This document shows positions 48,095 to 61,423 of a stretch of DNA of 64,000 nt, in pieces. Both the position numbers and the translations under genes were made by a program. Each line of letters opens with the position of its first letter. The first letter of the stretch is position 1. The notes under the pieces were generated by a model. It saw only the letters and a program-made list of their open reading frames with translations, ran no database searches and was not told the DNA's origin. Source of the DNA: the human T2T-CHM13v2.0 reference genome, Homo sapiens; the NCBI RefSeq assembly GCF_009914755.1, contig NC_060937.1; one strand, given 5' to 3'.

Positions 48095-49751
48095 TAAATG
48101 AGATAATAGAGAGCACTTAATATGCATATTTGCTCAATCATAGTAATTATTACTTATAGGAATATAAAAATATGATTACTACTACTTCTACTTCACAGTT
48201 CCCAGCATATAGTTGCCAAGCTATTATTCCAGGTAAATATTTGGAATCCAATTATAATTCAAGGGGCCTTTCATCCTGCAATATTTGTAGAGATCACAGG
48301 CTCAAATGGGCCATCCTTAATAATATTCAGCTAGAAACTGCTAGTTTTACCCACTATCCTGAAGAGTGCTAAGTTTCCCTAAGATGTTCATTGGTGCCCC
48401 CTATCGTGACTAGCACACCTGCTTACGGGGCATTTGACCAGGCACCCTGTCCCTTTCAGGCATGGATTCAGGTGAGCACCCCATCATTTTCCTCCCTACA
48501 GTTGGGGACGTTGCCTTGTATCATGGTGTAACCGGGGATAGTCTGTGGCACACACCTCTCAAGGTCATGGTTCCTTTAATCCCACCAGCCTGCAACTGTA
48601 CTTCATCTAGAGTCCCAAATCAAAGAAAACAATCAGCACCTTGGTCCCTAATTGCACATCTAGAAATCCCCTCGACCACTCCCCTGACAGGAAGGTGACT
48701 CTGAGTCAGTCCTTCCAAGAGGCAGGGAGGTGGGGGTGATGGGGAACGAAGGAAGAGCACAGAAGAAGAAGGGGACGCTGAGAAAAGGAAGAGATCAAAT
48801 AAATGTGTTGAATATTGAATGAAGGGTAAGATTACAAAGTTCGACAACGTGTATCCCATGTCACGAAGTCCAAGTCCATTTGCACAGTGTATTGGAACAT
48901 TTAGCTTTCTGGTTGCACTATGAATTCTGAGGAAAGAATTTTCCCTGGAGACCAGCTTCCCTGGCTCAGACAGCAAGGTCCTGTGCTTTAGATCTTTGAC
49001 AGATGAAGCACAGTTCCCTGGGGAAAGAGCAGCTCCAAATCTCCCTGGGCTCGGCCCTCCACATATGAAGACCAAAAGCAGAATAACACATCTCTACACC
49101 ATCCCTTCTTACTTTAACATGCTTGGAAACCTCTAATAAAAAAAAAAAAAGTCCTTGTAAGCAAACATTAGATCCTCTGAGGTTTACAAGACTGAAAATG
49201 TACTGGTGCTTGAGTACACAAAGGGCTGGTGGCGGGACTATATCCTCCTTTAGAAGGCGTGGCCCTAATTTGGGAGCATCGTGTACATTGCTGCCCATCA
49301 GGCAGAAGGGGCACGTCTGACAATGGGAGGTAGGGTAACCCAGCTAAGCCAAGCTTGGAGATGAGTAATGAGAGGCTGGGTTGGAGAAAGTTGGAAGGGA
49401 AGGGTGAAGGTGGCAACAGGCAGTTAAAGGAGGGTCTTAAAGGCCAGTTCAACAACTTTGGATTTAATTCTACAAGGTGCCTGTTATCAGACCTCTGGGA
49501 GCCCATAAGACATTTTCACTCAATTTAGAAAAAGTGCTCTCTCCAGGTGAAGGCCAGGTAAGCAGTCCCCACTGGCTCCCTTGGCAGGTGCCTGGGTACA
49601 GTGTACAACCCACACAACAGTATATGGTGACCCTGGCTGGTTAAAAACTTAGAACAGAAGATGATGTGGCAAATGGAATTGTGAGAAAATTCCATTTAGG
49701 AAACTTAAGTAGGAGCTCCATGTGATTCAAGAAAGGCTAATTATTTGTTTA

Positions 49752-50175
49752 TCTATTACTATGTACAAACCATTCCAAGACTTCCCTGGCTTAAAATAAT
49801 GATCATTATATTTGCTCACAAATCTGCAATTTAGCTGGGCTTCTGTTGGATGTGCCAGTGGCACTTATGTGGCTGCATTCAGTGGTGGGTTGTCTGGGTC
49901 TAGGCACAAATGGGGAGCCTCTCCCTCTCCACATGGTCTCTCCAGTGAGGTGGCCGGAATACTTAAATGGATGCTCAGGGCATCCAACAGTTCAAAGGTG
50001 GACACGGCCAAGCCTTCAGGCTGAAACTAGGAACTAGCACCCTGGTTTTCCTGCCCAATTCTATTGATTTAGTCAAATCACAGGACCAACTCAGATTAAG
50101 GGGAGGGGACTACACAAGGGTGTGAGTACTAGAAGAATGGCTCATTGGGGCCACAGGTATAGTAGACTGCCACAT
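49752..50175 (-). mobile_element. Old MLT1-type LTR
   Basis: tggcttaaaataat...gctcacaaatctgcaatttagctgggct...aaatcacaggaccaactcagattaagggg. Confidence 0.6.
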
Positions 50176-50804
50176 TTCCTTAGGAAGCTAAGATGGCCAT
50201 CCAGGTGGAAGTAAGGAGGACGTCATTGGACAGCAGCCAGTGAACAGATTTTTCTAAGAATAAGCTCCAAATTATTTGTAGTCAGCTTTGAGAATACTAT
50301 ATATCCTAGTCAGTTTATTTTTCTAAATGTATTCAGCAAAGACTAATAGCAAAATAGATTATAGTGCCCAAAATTGAGTTTCATAAATCATTGTAGGAAT
50401 AGATCTCATTTTCCAAAAATGTAAAAGGAAAGTGAATAATTAGGAGTGGATTATATAATACCTTGGAAAGACAAATTCAGGGACTGAGCCTTATCTTTAA
50501 TCATTTTAAAGTGATATACTGCAGCATTTTATTGGAACTTTTAGAAAAAAGATATAGTCTTCTCATGAATGCTTATGCTTCCTTATCAAACATTTACATG
50601 ACAATCAACAGAAAAATTGAGTGTGAATTTCCAAACCCAAGGTAGAAGGCTGAGACTGATGGTACTTTTGGGGTTGGAGTAAATAAAATATCTGCGGTCC
50701 AGTATTTTTTTCACATTCTCCTGCACCTACCTCCTACTTACCACTCTTCCCAGACCTTCCTCTCCCCTCCTATTTTTTTCTTTTTTCTCTAATTTAAGGC
50801 TATC

Positions 50805-51235
50805 ATATTAGAGTATCAGTTTGGCTTCCATAACTGAAATAGGAATATACATATTTATTTTTCTCTTGTGTAACAGTGCAGAGGAAGCTAATCCAGGGGA
50901 GATGTCTCTGCTCCACGTGAACACTCAGGGACCCAGGCTCTTTCCATGTCATTGCTCCCTCACTCCCTAAGTAGGTTGCTCTTGCCTGCATGGTCAAAAG
51001 TGGCTCAGAAGAAAGTATCCTTGTTTCAGCCAATAGAAAAATGGGAAGGAAAAGGCTTTGCACATTCCTTTCACTTGTAATCACCTCCCATTGACCAGAA
51101 TCTACTCACAAGGTACCCAGAGCTGCATGGGGAGCTAAGAAATGTGGTCTTTTGTGGCATGATCTTGTGTCCAGTTCCAACTTCTGTTGCTATAGCAGCT
51201 CTGGGGTCAGGGGGAGGCAAGCAACAATCTCTGAT
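50805..51235 (-). mobile_element. Old MLT1J/K-like LTR
   Basis: cagggacccaggctctttccat...cattgaccagaa...agctgcatggggagctaagaaatgtggtcttt. Confidence 0.55.
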
Positions 51236-51885
51236 AGATGGCTCAGTTTCATTTGTGGAGTTAGGAAGGAGAAGGGAAATAAGATGAAGAAGACATTTTC
51301 TTCATCTGGACCTTGAGTAGTGACATTGAGGGAAAAACAACTTTCTAGCTTTTCACAAGATCAAAGTCTTCCTATTTATCCCCTGACAGGGAACTGGTCT
51401 GACTGCCTCCTCCACAACAGTCCTCCAGAAGACACCTGGAGAGGGGCACGACAGGCCTCCTACCTCACGCTTCCTCACGTCTTCACCTCCTCAATCGATG
51501 GAAGGACACTGATTGCTTTGTGGGGCTCCAAGTGTTGGGCCACCAGGCATTTGCTGTTGGATTAGCCTCAGTGAGTCTTCCCTAGAATCAGGAGTCAGTC
51601 AACACTGGGGCAGAGAGTGAAGCTGCCCTGATGGGGGGCTTTCAAGGTGGTGGTTTTTTTTACACAGGCAGCCTCGGCTATCTGCTTTCATCGATGAGAA
51701 GTGGTGACTCTTCTTCAGGCAGCAGCAAGAACTCAGAACATATTTAGGTGAAACAATCCCTGCACATAGAGTGACCATACATCCAGTTTGTCTACTACTT
51801 GTATATGGCATAATTATGAATAGCACCCCAAATAGATGATCTTGTAGCCTAGGGTGTTAGTGACACAGCCAACCTGGCCTTATTT

Positions 51886-52268
51886 GCATGCTTGGGCATA
51901 CAGTATGCCCAGGGGTATAGTATGCCCAGGAATACAGCATGCCTAGGTGTGTGGCATGCCCAAGGGTACAGTATGCCCAGGTGTACTGTGTGCCCAAGTG
52001 TATGGCATGCTCTGGTGTATGGTGTGCCCAGGCATACAGCATGCCCTGGTGTACAGTGTGCCCAGGTGTACGGCATGCCCAAGAGTACAGTATGCCCAGG
52101 TCTACAGTGTGCTCAGGCATATGGCATGCCCTGGTGTATGGTGTGCCCAGGTGTATGGCATGCCCTGGTGTATGGTGTGCCCAGGCGTATGGCATGCCCA
52201 GGTGTACAGTATGCCTGGGTGTACAGTATGCCCAGGTGTACAGTATCCCCAGGTGTATGGCACGCCCT
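51886..52268. repeat. 17-bp minisatellite, ~22.5 units, consensus GYRTGCCCAGGTGTAYR
   Basis: Units start every 17 bp from 51886 to 52260 with no indels. Confidence 0.95.
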
Positions 52269-52544
52269 GTGGCTGCAAGCATGGAGTGAGCTGCAGATCC
52301 TCAAGTCATCAAGAGGAAATGAGAGGTTTCAGAACTGGTCCAGTCAATAACACCTGGGTGCACTGGGAACAGAGTGTTTGTTTGGAATTTAGTAACCTTC
52401 ACTAAACCTGGTGAATTCACAGGTGATATCAGTGGGTGTGAATGGCTCAAAAAGAGTCCTCGTTTGTCTGATCAGCTTGTCTCTAGCAGAGCCAGAAAAG
52501 CATTGAATGCTTTCCTGCTGCCATGGCGTACAGAGTGAGAGGGG

Positions 52545-52975
52545 AAATCGCCAAGAGGTGGAAGCAACCCAAATGCCCATCAACAGATGCATAGATAACC
52601 AAAGGTGGTCTATACCTGCCATGAAATAGCACCCAGCCTTAAAAGGGAAGGAAATTCTGACACACCCTACAGCATGGATAAGCCTTGAAGACATGATGCG
52701 ACGTGAAATAAGACAGACACAAAAAGACAAATACTGTATGATTTCACTTATATGAGGTGCCCAGAGTAATGAAATTCATAGAGACAGAAAGAATGGTGGT
52801 TGCCAAGGGCAGAGGAGAGGAGAAAATGGGAAGTTAGTGCTTGATCTGGACAGAGTTTCAGTTTGGGAAGATGAAAAGAGTTCTGGAGGCGGATGGTGGT
52901 GGCTGCACAGTGTGAATGTACTTAACGCCACTAAATTGTACATTTAAAAATGGCTAAAATGATAAATTTAAAAAC
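52545..52975 (+). mobile_element. L1MB-like 3' end
   Basis: ggaagcaacccaaatgcccatcaacagatg...gaatgtacttaacgccact. Confidence 0.85.
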
Positions 52976-53746
52976 AAATAGATTCCCAAGGCCCTCTAGA
53001 GGAACTCCCGACTCAAAGAGATCGGAGAATCTGGGAATTTTTCCTTTTAAAAAAAAAAGAAAGCATCCCAGAGGATTATTACCATCAAGGAAGTTTAGGA
53101 AAGTATTGAAGTCCGCGCTGATTTATAGGCACTCAATAAATGGTCACTCAATAATAGTTGCCATTGTTACTAATAATGTAAATGGTTTCATCTGTAGAGG
53201 TTCCACTTGAGAATTACAGTAATAATCATGGTTAATATTTGCAAGCACTGACTACGTATGCTGGGCTTTTACATGTGTCATCTCACTGAATCCTATAACT
53301 TTACCTATCAGGTATGATTATTGTCCCCACCACAGAGATGGGGACATTTAGAAGTGGACCTTTTTAAGTGATGTGCCCGGCCTCCTATATCTATTGTGTG
53401 ATAGAGCCAAGATGTGAACGCAGAAGCTGTGTCACTGGAAGCGGGTATCCTTGCCGCATTATGAGAAGCTCCACCGGGGCAGGAATTGTGAATGCTCTTG
53501 CTCCCTGCTGTATCCACATTGCCCTTCTAGATATGTAGTGGGAGCTTTATAAATATGTGTTAAATGAGATTCAACCTTTTTATGATCATAAAAAATGGTT
53601 ATCTGAATATCTGTCAAAGGAGAAATGCCTTGAGACTGTTTCCACCACTTCCCACCTTCTTTATTTGTCTCTAACTTCAGAGGTCCTGAAAAGGCACCAG
53701 ATGTGGAGTTAGAAGACCTGGGTTCTATTTTCGGTTCTGTCAGTCA

Positions 53747-54143
<397 letters not shown>

Positions 54144-54581
54144 TTAAGGGTTCTCCAGCCACACAAGCTGTAGTGGTTGGTAGCTGAGCCCAGGGTTGAG
54201 AGCAGGATAGAGTTGCCCTCCTGCACTCAGAAGGGCGCGCAGCTGTCCTGAGGAACACTGTGAAGGATTCACCAAGCAGATCAGAGCCCAGAGACCTAGA
54301 ACGGTGCCATGGGAAGTGTGGAATCATTCCAAACTGCATACCTCACTGGCGACCAAAGACATTTAAATTAAAACCAAACCACATTTAATACTTGTTAGAC
54401 CAGACCTTGAGAAAAATGATACCTGGGGTTGCAAGGGTGGGGAAAGTTTCAGGGAAAGTTACTCTAATATGCTATTAGTGACAGCATCTATTGGAATAAC
54501 TTTTGTATGGGGTATTTTGGAAATACATATCAAAATCCTTAAAATTGTGCATTCACTTTGATTTGGCTATTCCACTTCTAG

Positions 54582-54903
<322 letters not shown>

Positions 54904-55109
54904 TCATAAATTTTCTACAGCTGAGAATTAGCTAAATAAATTACACTTGTATAATGGAACACAGCAGTTACTAAAAATGATGTCTTAGAGCAATAATTAA
55001 TAATGTAAAAAGATATTCACAATGTAATAAGCGGAAAAAGTCCAATGTAAAACAGTATATACAATACATTCCCTTTTACGTGTCTGTATAATAAATATTT
55101 CATGTATTA

Positions 55110-55648
<539 letters not shown>

Positions 55649-56818
55649 AGAAAAGAAAGCACTTATAAGCTTAAAAAATTTTTTTAAACCGTCATCTTGT
55701 TATAAAGTGCTCGCTCAGCTGTTTTGTGCTTGAATTCCTGCCCACTACAAGTAGATTTGACTGATAGATCAAGCTAGAGCCTTATCAATTCCCCTGAAAT
55801 AACCTGTGACCAGTCTTAAAATTGGATGGTAAATCCTCAGGGCCTTGTGGATCTCTATTCTGATTATTTCTTTTCTTCAGTTCTGTTCTTGTTTCTGATT
55901 ATCATGTTAGAAACAATTTTTAAAACACCCACTGTTATTCTATCCTCACCAATCTTGTGGTGATCACTTCACCGTCATCTAAAGTCAAACCAAGAGGCGG
56001 GGGCAGTGCATGCTGAAAACAATGGGGGAGAAAGGAGATGTTCTGATAGCATTAGAAAGATGGATTGATACTTGTGGTCTGTTTTGCCCACTGCTGTATC
56101 TCCCTAGCTAATCCGTTTTCTTTGATCTTATCCAGAGAGCAAGCTAAGCCAAAACCACACGTGGTGAATGATTAACCAACGTACAAGGCAATCTGAAAAA
56201 AGTTCCTCCCCTCCCCCAGGGACCCTAGCACTGCTCATGGTTCTCACTCTTGTTACAGGTCGGTCAGGATGGGCTACTTTTGCTGTGACAACAAATAACT
56301 CCAAACTCTTATTGGCTTATTACACAGATTTCTTTCTCAATCATATTGCATATCTATTGCAGATCAGCTGGGGGCTCTGCTTAGCCTCTTGGGACTAAGG
56401 CTGACCCAAGCTTCATCTCAACAGATTGATCATGGCAGGGGGAAGACAGCATGGTGAATCATGGATCATTCCTAAACCTTCCAAATGCAAATTACACACA
56501 TCACTTCTGCTCACACTTTGTGGACCAAAGCAAGTCATATGGTCTCTTCAAATTTCAAAGCAGGTGGGGAAATACAATCTTAGCATGTGCCTGGAGGAGA
56601 GCCAGAATATTTGTGAACAGCCCTAAAAATGCCTGTGCATCATCACGGTTTGTGTATTCAAACCATTTCTCCCTTTTAGTTCAATGTCAGCTCACATGGG
56701 GCAGGAATAAATTCTTCTACATAGTTCAATCTGCCTCTCTCACCTAACCCAATTCCTGACACACCTCAAGTACTTACTATTTATTGAGCGCATGAATGAA
56801 TAATTTGTCCCACATAAT

Positions 56819-57502
56819 GGAAACCACCTTTGCAAAACTATAACTGAGAAAATTATGACAGTGAAAGATATCAGACTTAACTGAGCCCATCTTGCTTCTA
56901 ACCTCTAAACAGTCCTTGTTCATCCCTGGGCGTAGTCTGAACTAGCCTTCGGAAGGAATTTAGTTTATAGTTTAAAGCTAAACTGTCCCCGTAAAACAAA
57001 TGAAAAGCTACCAGCCACCAAGTTAGAATAAGAGGGGCTGGAATTCTAAATATTACCAGCCATTATTCCGGAGGTTATAAGATTTGCAACTTCCCCACTT
57101 ACTCTTGAAGGTAACATCACTATTGTGAACCTAGGATCCACCTTTTGAGATGTCTTTTCCAGTTTTTGCATTTCTAACAACTGAATAACCCCACCTGAAC
57201 CTGCCAACCAGTTCTGTGGCCCCACCCAGGAACTGACTCAGTATAAGAGAACAGCTTCGACTCCCTACAATTTCATCCCCGGGCCAACCAATCAGCACTC
57301 CAGATTCACTGGCCGACCCACCAAATTATCCTTAAAAACCCTGATCCCCAAGTTTCCGGGGAGACTGATTTGAGTAATAATAAAACTCAGGTCTCCTGCA
57401 CAGCCAGCTCTGTGTGAATTACTATCTCTCTATTGCAATTCCCCTGTCTTGATAAATCGGCTGTCTAGGCTGCGGACAAGGTGAATCCACTGGGCGGTTA
57501 CA
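56819..57502 (+). mobile_element. LTR8 solo LTR (ERV1)
   Basis: gaaaccacctttgcaaaactataactgag...tgggcggttaca; 4-bp TSD taat. Confidence 0.85.
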
Positions 57503-59902
57503 TAATGAGGAGGTAAATGTAGGAATTTAGGTGCTTTCAGGTTGTGCTACGTTGTTAGTTGTCAGCTTTTCCTCACTTTCATCTGCTTCTCACTGAATCT
57601 TCCTTTCCTGGAATCTCCTGCCTTTTACAGGTTGAGCTCAATTTTCCAATGAGAGAAATTTGCCTAAGCTTTGGAAGACAGTGAAGAGAGGCAATCCTCC
57701 TCAGGTCTTGGGGGCCACAGCAGACACAAGGTTCACAGTGGCATCTAGGCTTCTTCTCAAGCACCAGGTTTGGTAGGAGGTTTTCCAGAGTTTCTTGAAA
57801 ATTTTCGCAGCAGTTTCCTGGCAAATGTTAGAGAACCACCCACTTAGGTATTCGGTCTGACCTTCCAGCTGCTTCCATGACCTTCCAGCTGGTTTCACTC
57901 CCCCAGCTCTTGTTCCTTCATACAAACCCTAATTCTTAAATTAAACCTCGTTGTCCCCATAACACACAGAGTGGCTTTAATGCAGGGTCTTCCTTTATTT
58001 TTTCTGAGGGTTAAATGAATTTTTTTTTCCTTTTGGTCACACATCAAAGAAACTTGTTACATTTACTCTGTAAGCAAGCCCTCTATGTAAGGTTTACTAG
58101 TGTTTTTCTTCTCAAGTCTTAGCTGGAAAAAGGGCCTAAAGATCGTTTCAGAGCTCTAAAGGTACAGTACCTGCTAGCAGCCTGCCTTGCCTCTCCATTC
58201 ATTAACAGCCTCTCTGCTGGGCGAAGGTGCCAGTCTTATCTGTGACAAGTAAATTAGGAACAGGTATAGCTATAGGTCATAAATCTTTCAAGGTTTGCAG
58301 GAAGATTGGCAAACGTGTCTATCCTGACCTATAATTGCATTATCTTCCCACTAAATTCTCAGCTCCCTAGTTTGCCCCTTTCAGCAAAGCATGTTATTTT
58401 CTTCTTCTTGGAAGGAACTTGAGTGAAACTGCTACTTCACATCAAATATTGGTGCCTGGTTCAGTTGAGGATTTTAGGGCATAGATTATGCTTGTCGAGA
58501 ATGTATATTTTATCCCTACACTTTTAAACTCCCTTTGAGTGGAAAATGGCTGGCCCTTTCAATGCTGTAACTCAAAAAGCTGATGGAGAGAAGCCACACA
58601 CCTCTCTAACAGTGCTGGGTGGATTAATCAATTGCTGAAAGTGAATATTAAAAAAATTCAAGACTCAGCATGATTCTCAGTGCTTGTGAAGAATCACTCA
58701 GGTCACTGTGGATGCCAGCACCAAGCTCCACCCCCCAGTGTCTACGAATCAACATCTACAGCACCTAGGCTTATCCTTTTAATCAATCAGCAAATATTTG
58801 CTGGGAGCTACTCTGTGCTCATCACTGCCCTGGGCTCTGTGAGGGTTTTCCTTGGACTGTTCCTTCTCTGTCTCCTTCACAGTTTTCTCTTCATCTATCA
58901 GGTCATTAAATAAATGCAATGACAACAGCTAACTGAGCTCTTAATATGGTGACTGTTTTCTCTCATTTGGCTGACCATGCGAGTCTTCTCAAATGCACCA
59001 GGGGGCAGCACGTCTGCAGGATCAGCCCTGGTCCTGCTCCGTGTGAATAGCAAAGCAAGGACAATCCACGCCATTACAATAACAGGTGCACCAAGATGGA
59101 GAGGAAGCCTGTCAGAATTAGTGAATGTATGCAAATTTCATGTGCCTGTGTGCCTACGTGTGTGGCCGGGTGGATGTATATTCACATCTTAAAAGTTGTG
59201 GCAAAGGCATTGCCACTATTTTGTTTAACATGCATTGAGCACCTACCATATGCCAAAACTGGTGCCACTTGCCTTAGTTTTTGTCTTTAATATGAAATTA
59301 TTTATAATTAGCATTTTATATGAACAGCAGTGCCAATGAAATGCATTGAGGTGTATTTGTTTTGACACTGAAGTAAAATAAGCATTTCCCTCTAATCTGT
59401 TGACTGCCATTTAAATGGCTTATAAAGCACCTATTCTATTAAGAATAACATTTAAAATTAGTTACATTCAGGCAAAACTCTATCTTTAATGAGCTGGGGA
59501 TGAGACAGAGACGCAGGAGGGCATATTAAAATTATTTCCTTGAAGTTAAAACATTCCAGAATTTACCTACAAATTTAAAAAGCATTACCTTCAGCTCCAT
59601 TTGTTAAATTGTCCACATGCATCCAGGGTTCTGTGATGCTTTATTTGCAAACAGGATGTATTCACAAATGGAAGGTGCTAGGCAAAAAGGAAGCCCCTCA
59701 CCAGGTCCAAAATAACTTCTGAGAGTGCTGCCTGCGTTGTCCTGGGCTGGGAAGTGGCTACCCAAGGACTGAGGGCCAGGGACGATGGGAGTGAATTACC
59801 AGGGGAGGTTCTTGCCCAAGACTGGGGGAGATGGTTGCCAGTTCTTTTTGATGGACCAAGGCCAATGCCACACCTGATTATTTCTGACAAATGAAGAATT
59901 CA

Positions 59903-60256
<354 letters not shown>

Positions 60257-60879
60257 TACGAGACAAGGCGGAAGAAATGGAAAGGGCCACAGAGAAGTTG
60301 TAGCCACATCTTGAAGGAATAACAACCAAGAAGGAATAACAACCAGCCTCAGTCTAGGCAATTTACCGACTCACTCAATCCTGATGATAGCAACGAGGAG
60401 GTAGATATTAGTATGACCATTCCCATTTTTCAGAAGGGAAATGGATTCACAGAAAGATTGTGTAACTTGTCCATAGCCATACAGCTAGTAGGGAAGCTGG
60501 ATTTGAGTTCAGGCAGGCAGCTCAGGGTCCCTTTTTATCCTCTCTACTACCCTGCTTCTCTGTGTGTGAACCACAAGGAAGACTGGCTTATTAGTCAGTG
60601 GAACCTGACTCTGAAAACTTTATGAAAATAATTATGAGGCAAACACTGCAAAGTGTTACCTTCCATGAAATCTAGGTGGTGGGGGTCTTGGGTGTCCAAT
60701 ATATTACTTCCTCAAATTTTGAAATATGTTAATAATTTAAACAATTTATATGCCTATAAGACAATATAGTATAAAATTTACATTTTTAAAAAACTATACG
60801 TATTGAAAACATTACATTAAGTGAAATGAGCCAGGCACAAAAGAACAAATGCTGTATTATTCCACTCATTCTAGGTACC

Positions 60880-61423
60880 TGTCAGAGGTGTATGAACCAG
60901 AGCAACTCCATCTTGAATAGGGGCTGGGTAAAATGAGGCTGAGACCTAATGGGCTGCATTCCCAGAGAGTTAGTCATTCTAAGTCACAGGATGAGATAGG
61001 AGGTCGGCACAAGATACAGGTCATAAAGACCTTGCTGATAAAACAGCTTGCAGGAAAGAAGCCAGCCAAAACCTACCAACACCAAGATGGCAACAAGAAT
61101 CACCTCTGGTCGTCCTCACTGCTACACTCCCATCAGCACCATGAGAGTTTACAAATGCCATGGCAATGTCAGGAAGTTATGGTCTAAAAAGGGGAGGCAT
61201 GAATAATCCACCCCTTGTTTAGCATATCATCAAGAAATAACCATAAAAATGGGCAACTAGCAGCCCTTGGGGCTGCTCTGCCTATGGAGTAGCCATTCTT
61301 CCTTTCTTTACTTTCTTAAGAAGCTTGCATTCACTTTACTCTATGACTTGCCCTGAATTCTCTCTTGTGCGAGATCCAAGAACCTTCTCTTGGGATCTGG
61401 ATTGAGACTGCATTCCAGTAATA
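60880..61423 (+). mobile_element. MER41A 5' LTR
   Basis: tgtcagagg...gaaccagagcaactccatcttgaataggggctgggtaaaatgaggctgagacc; ctgctacactccc junction typical of the A subfamily. Confidence 0.85.

Noticed and set aside
51886-52268. CRISPR-like array
   Set aside because: Contiguous tandem units with no unique spacers, no cas genes, mammalian context
51849-52405. Repetitive His/Cys-rich ORFs on both strands
   Set aside because: Translations of the 17-bp minisatellite; the period is not a multiple of 3 and there is no exon context
60313-60346. 17-bp tandem duplication gaaggaataacaacca x2
   Set aside because: Ordinary slippage duplication
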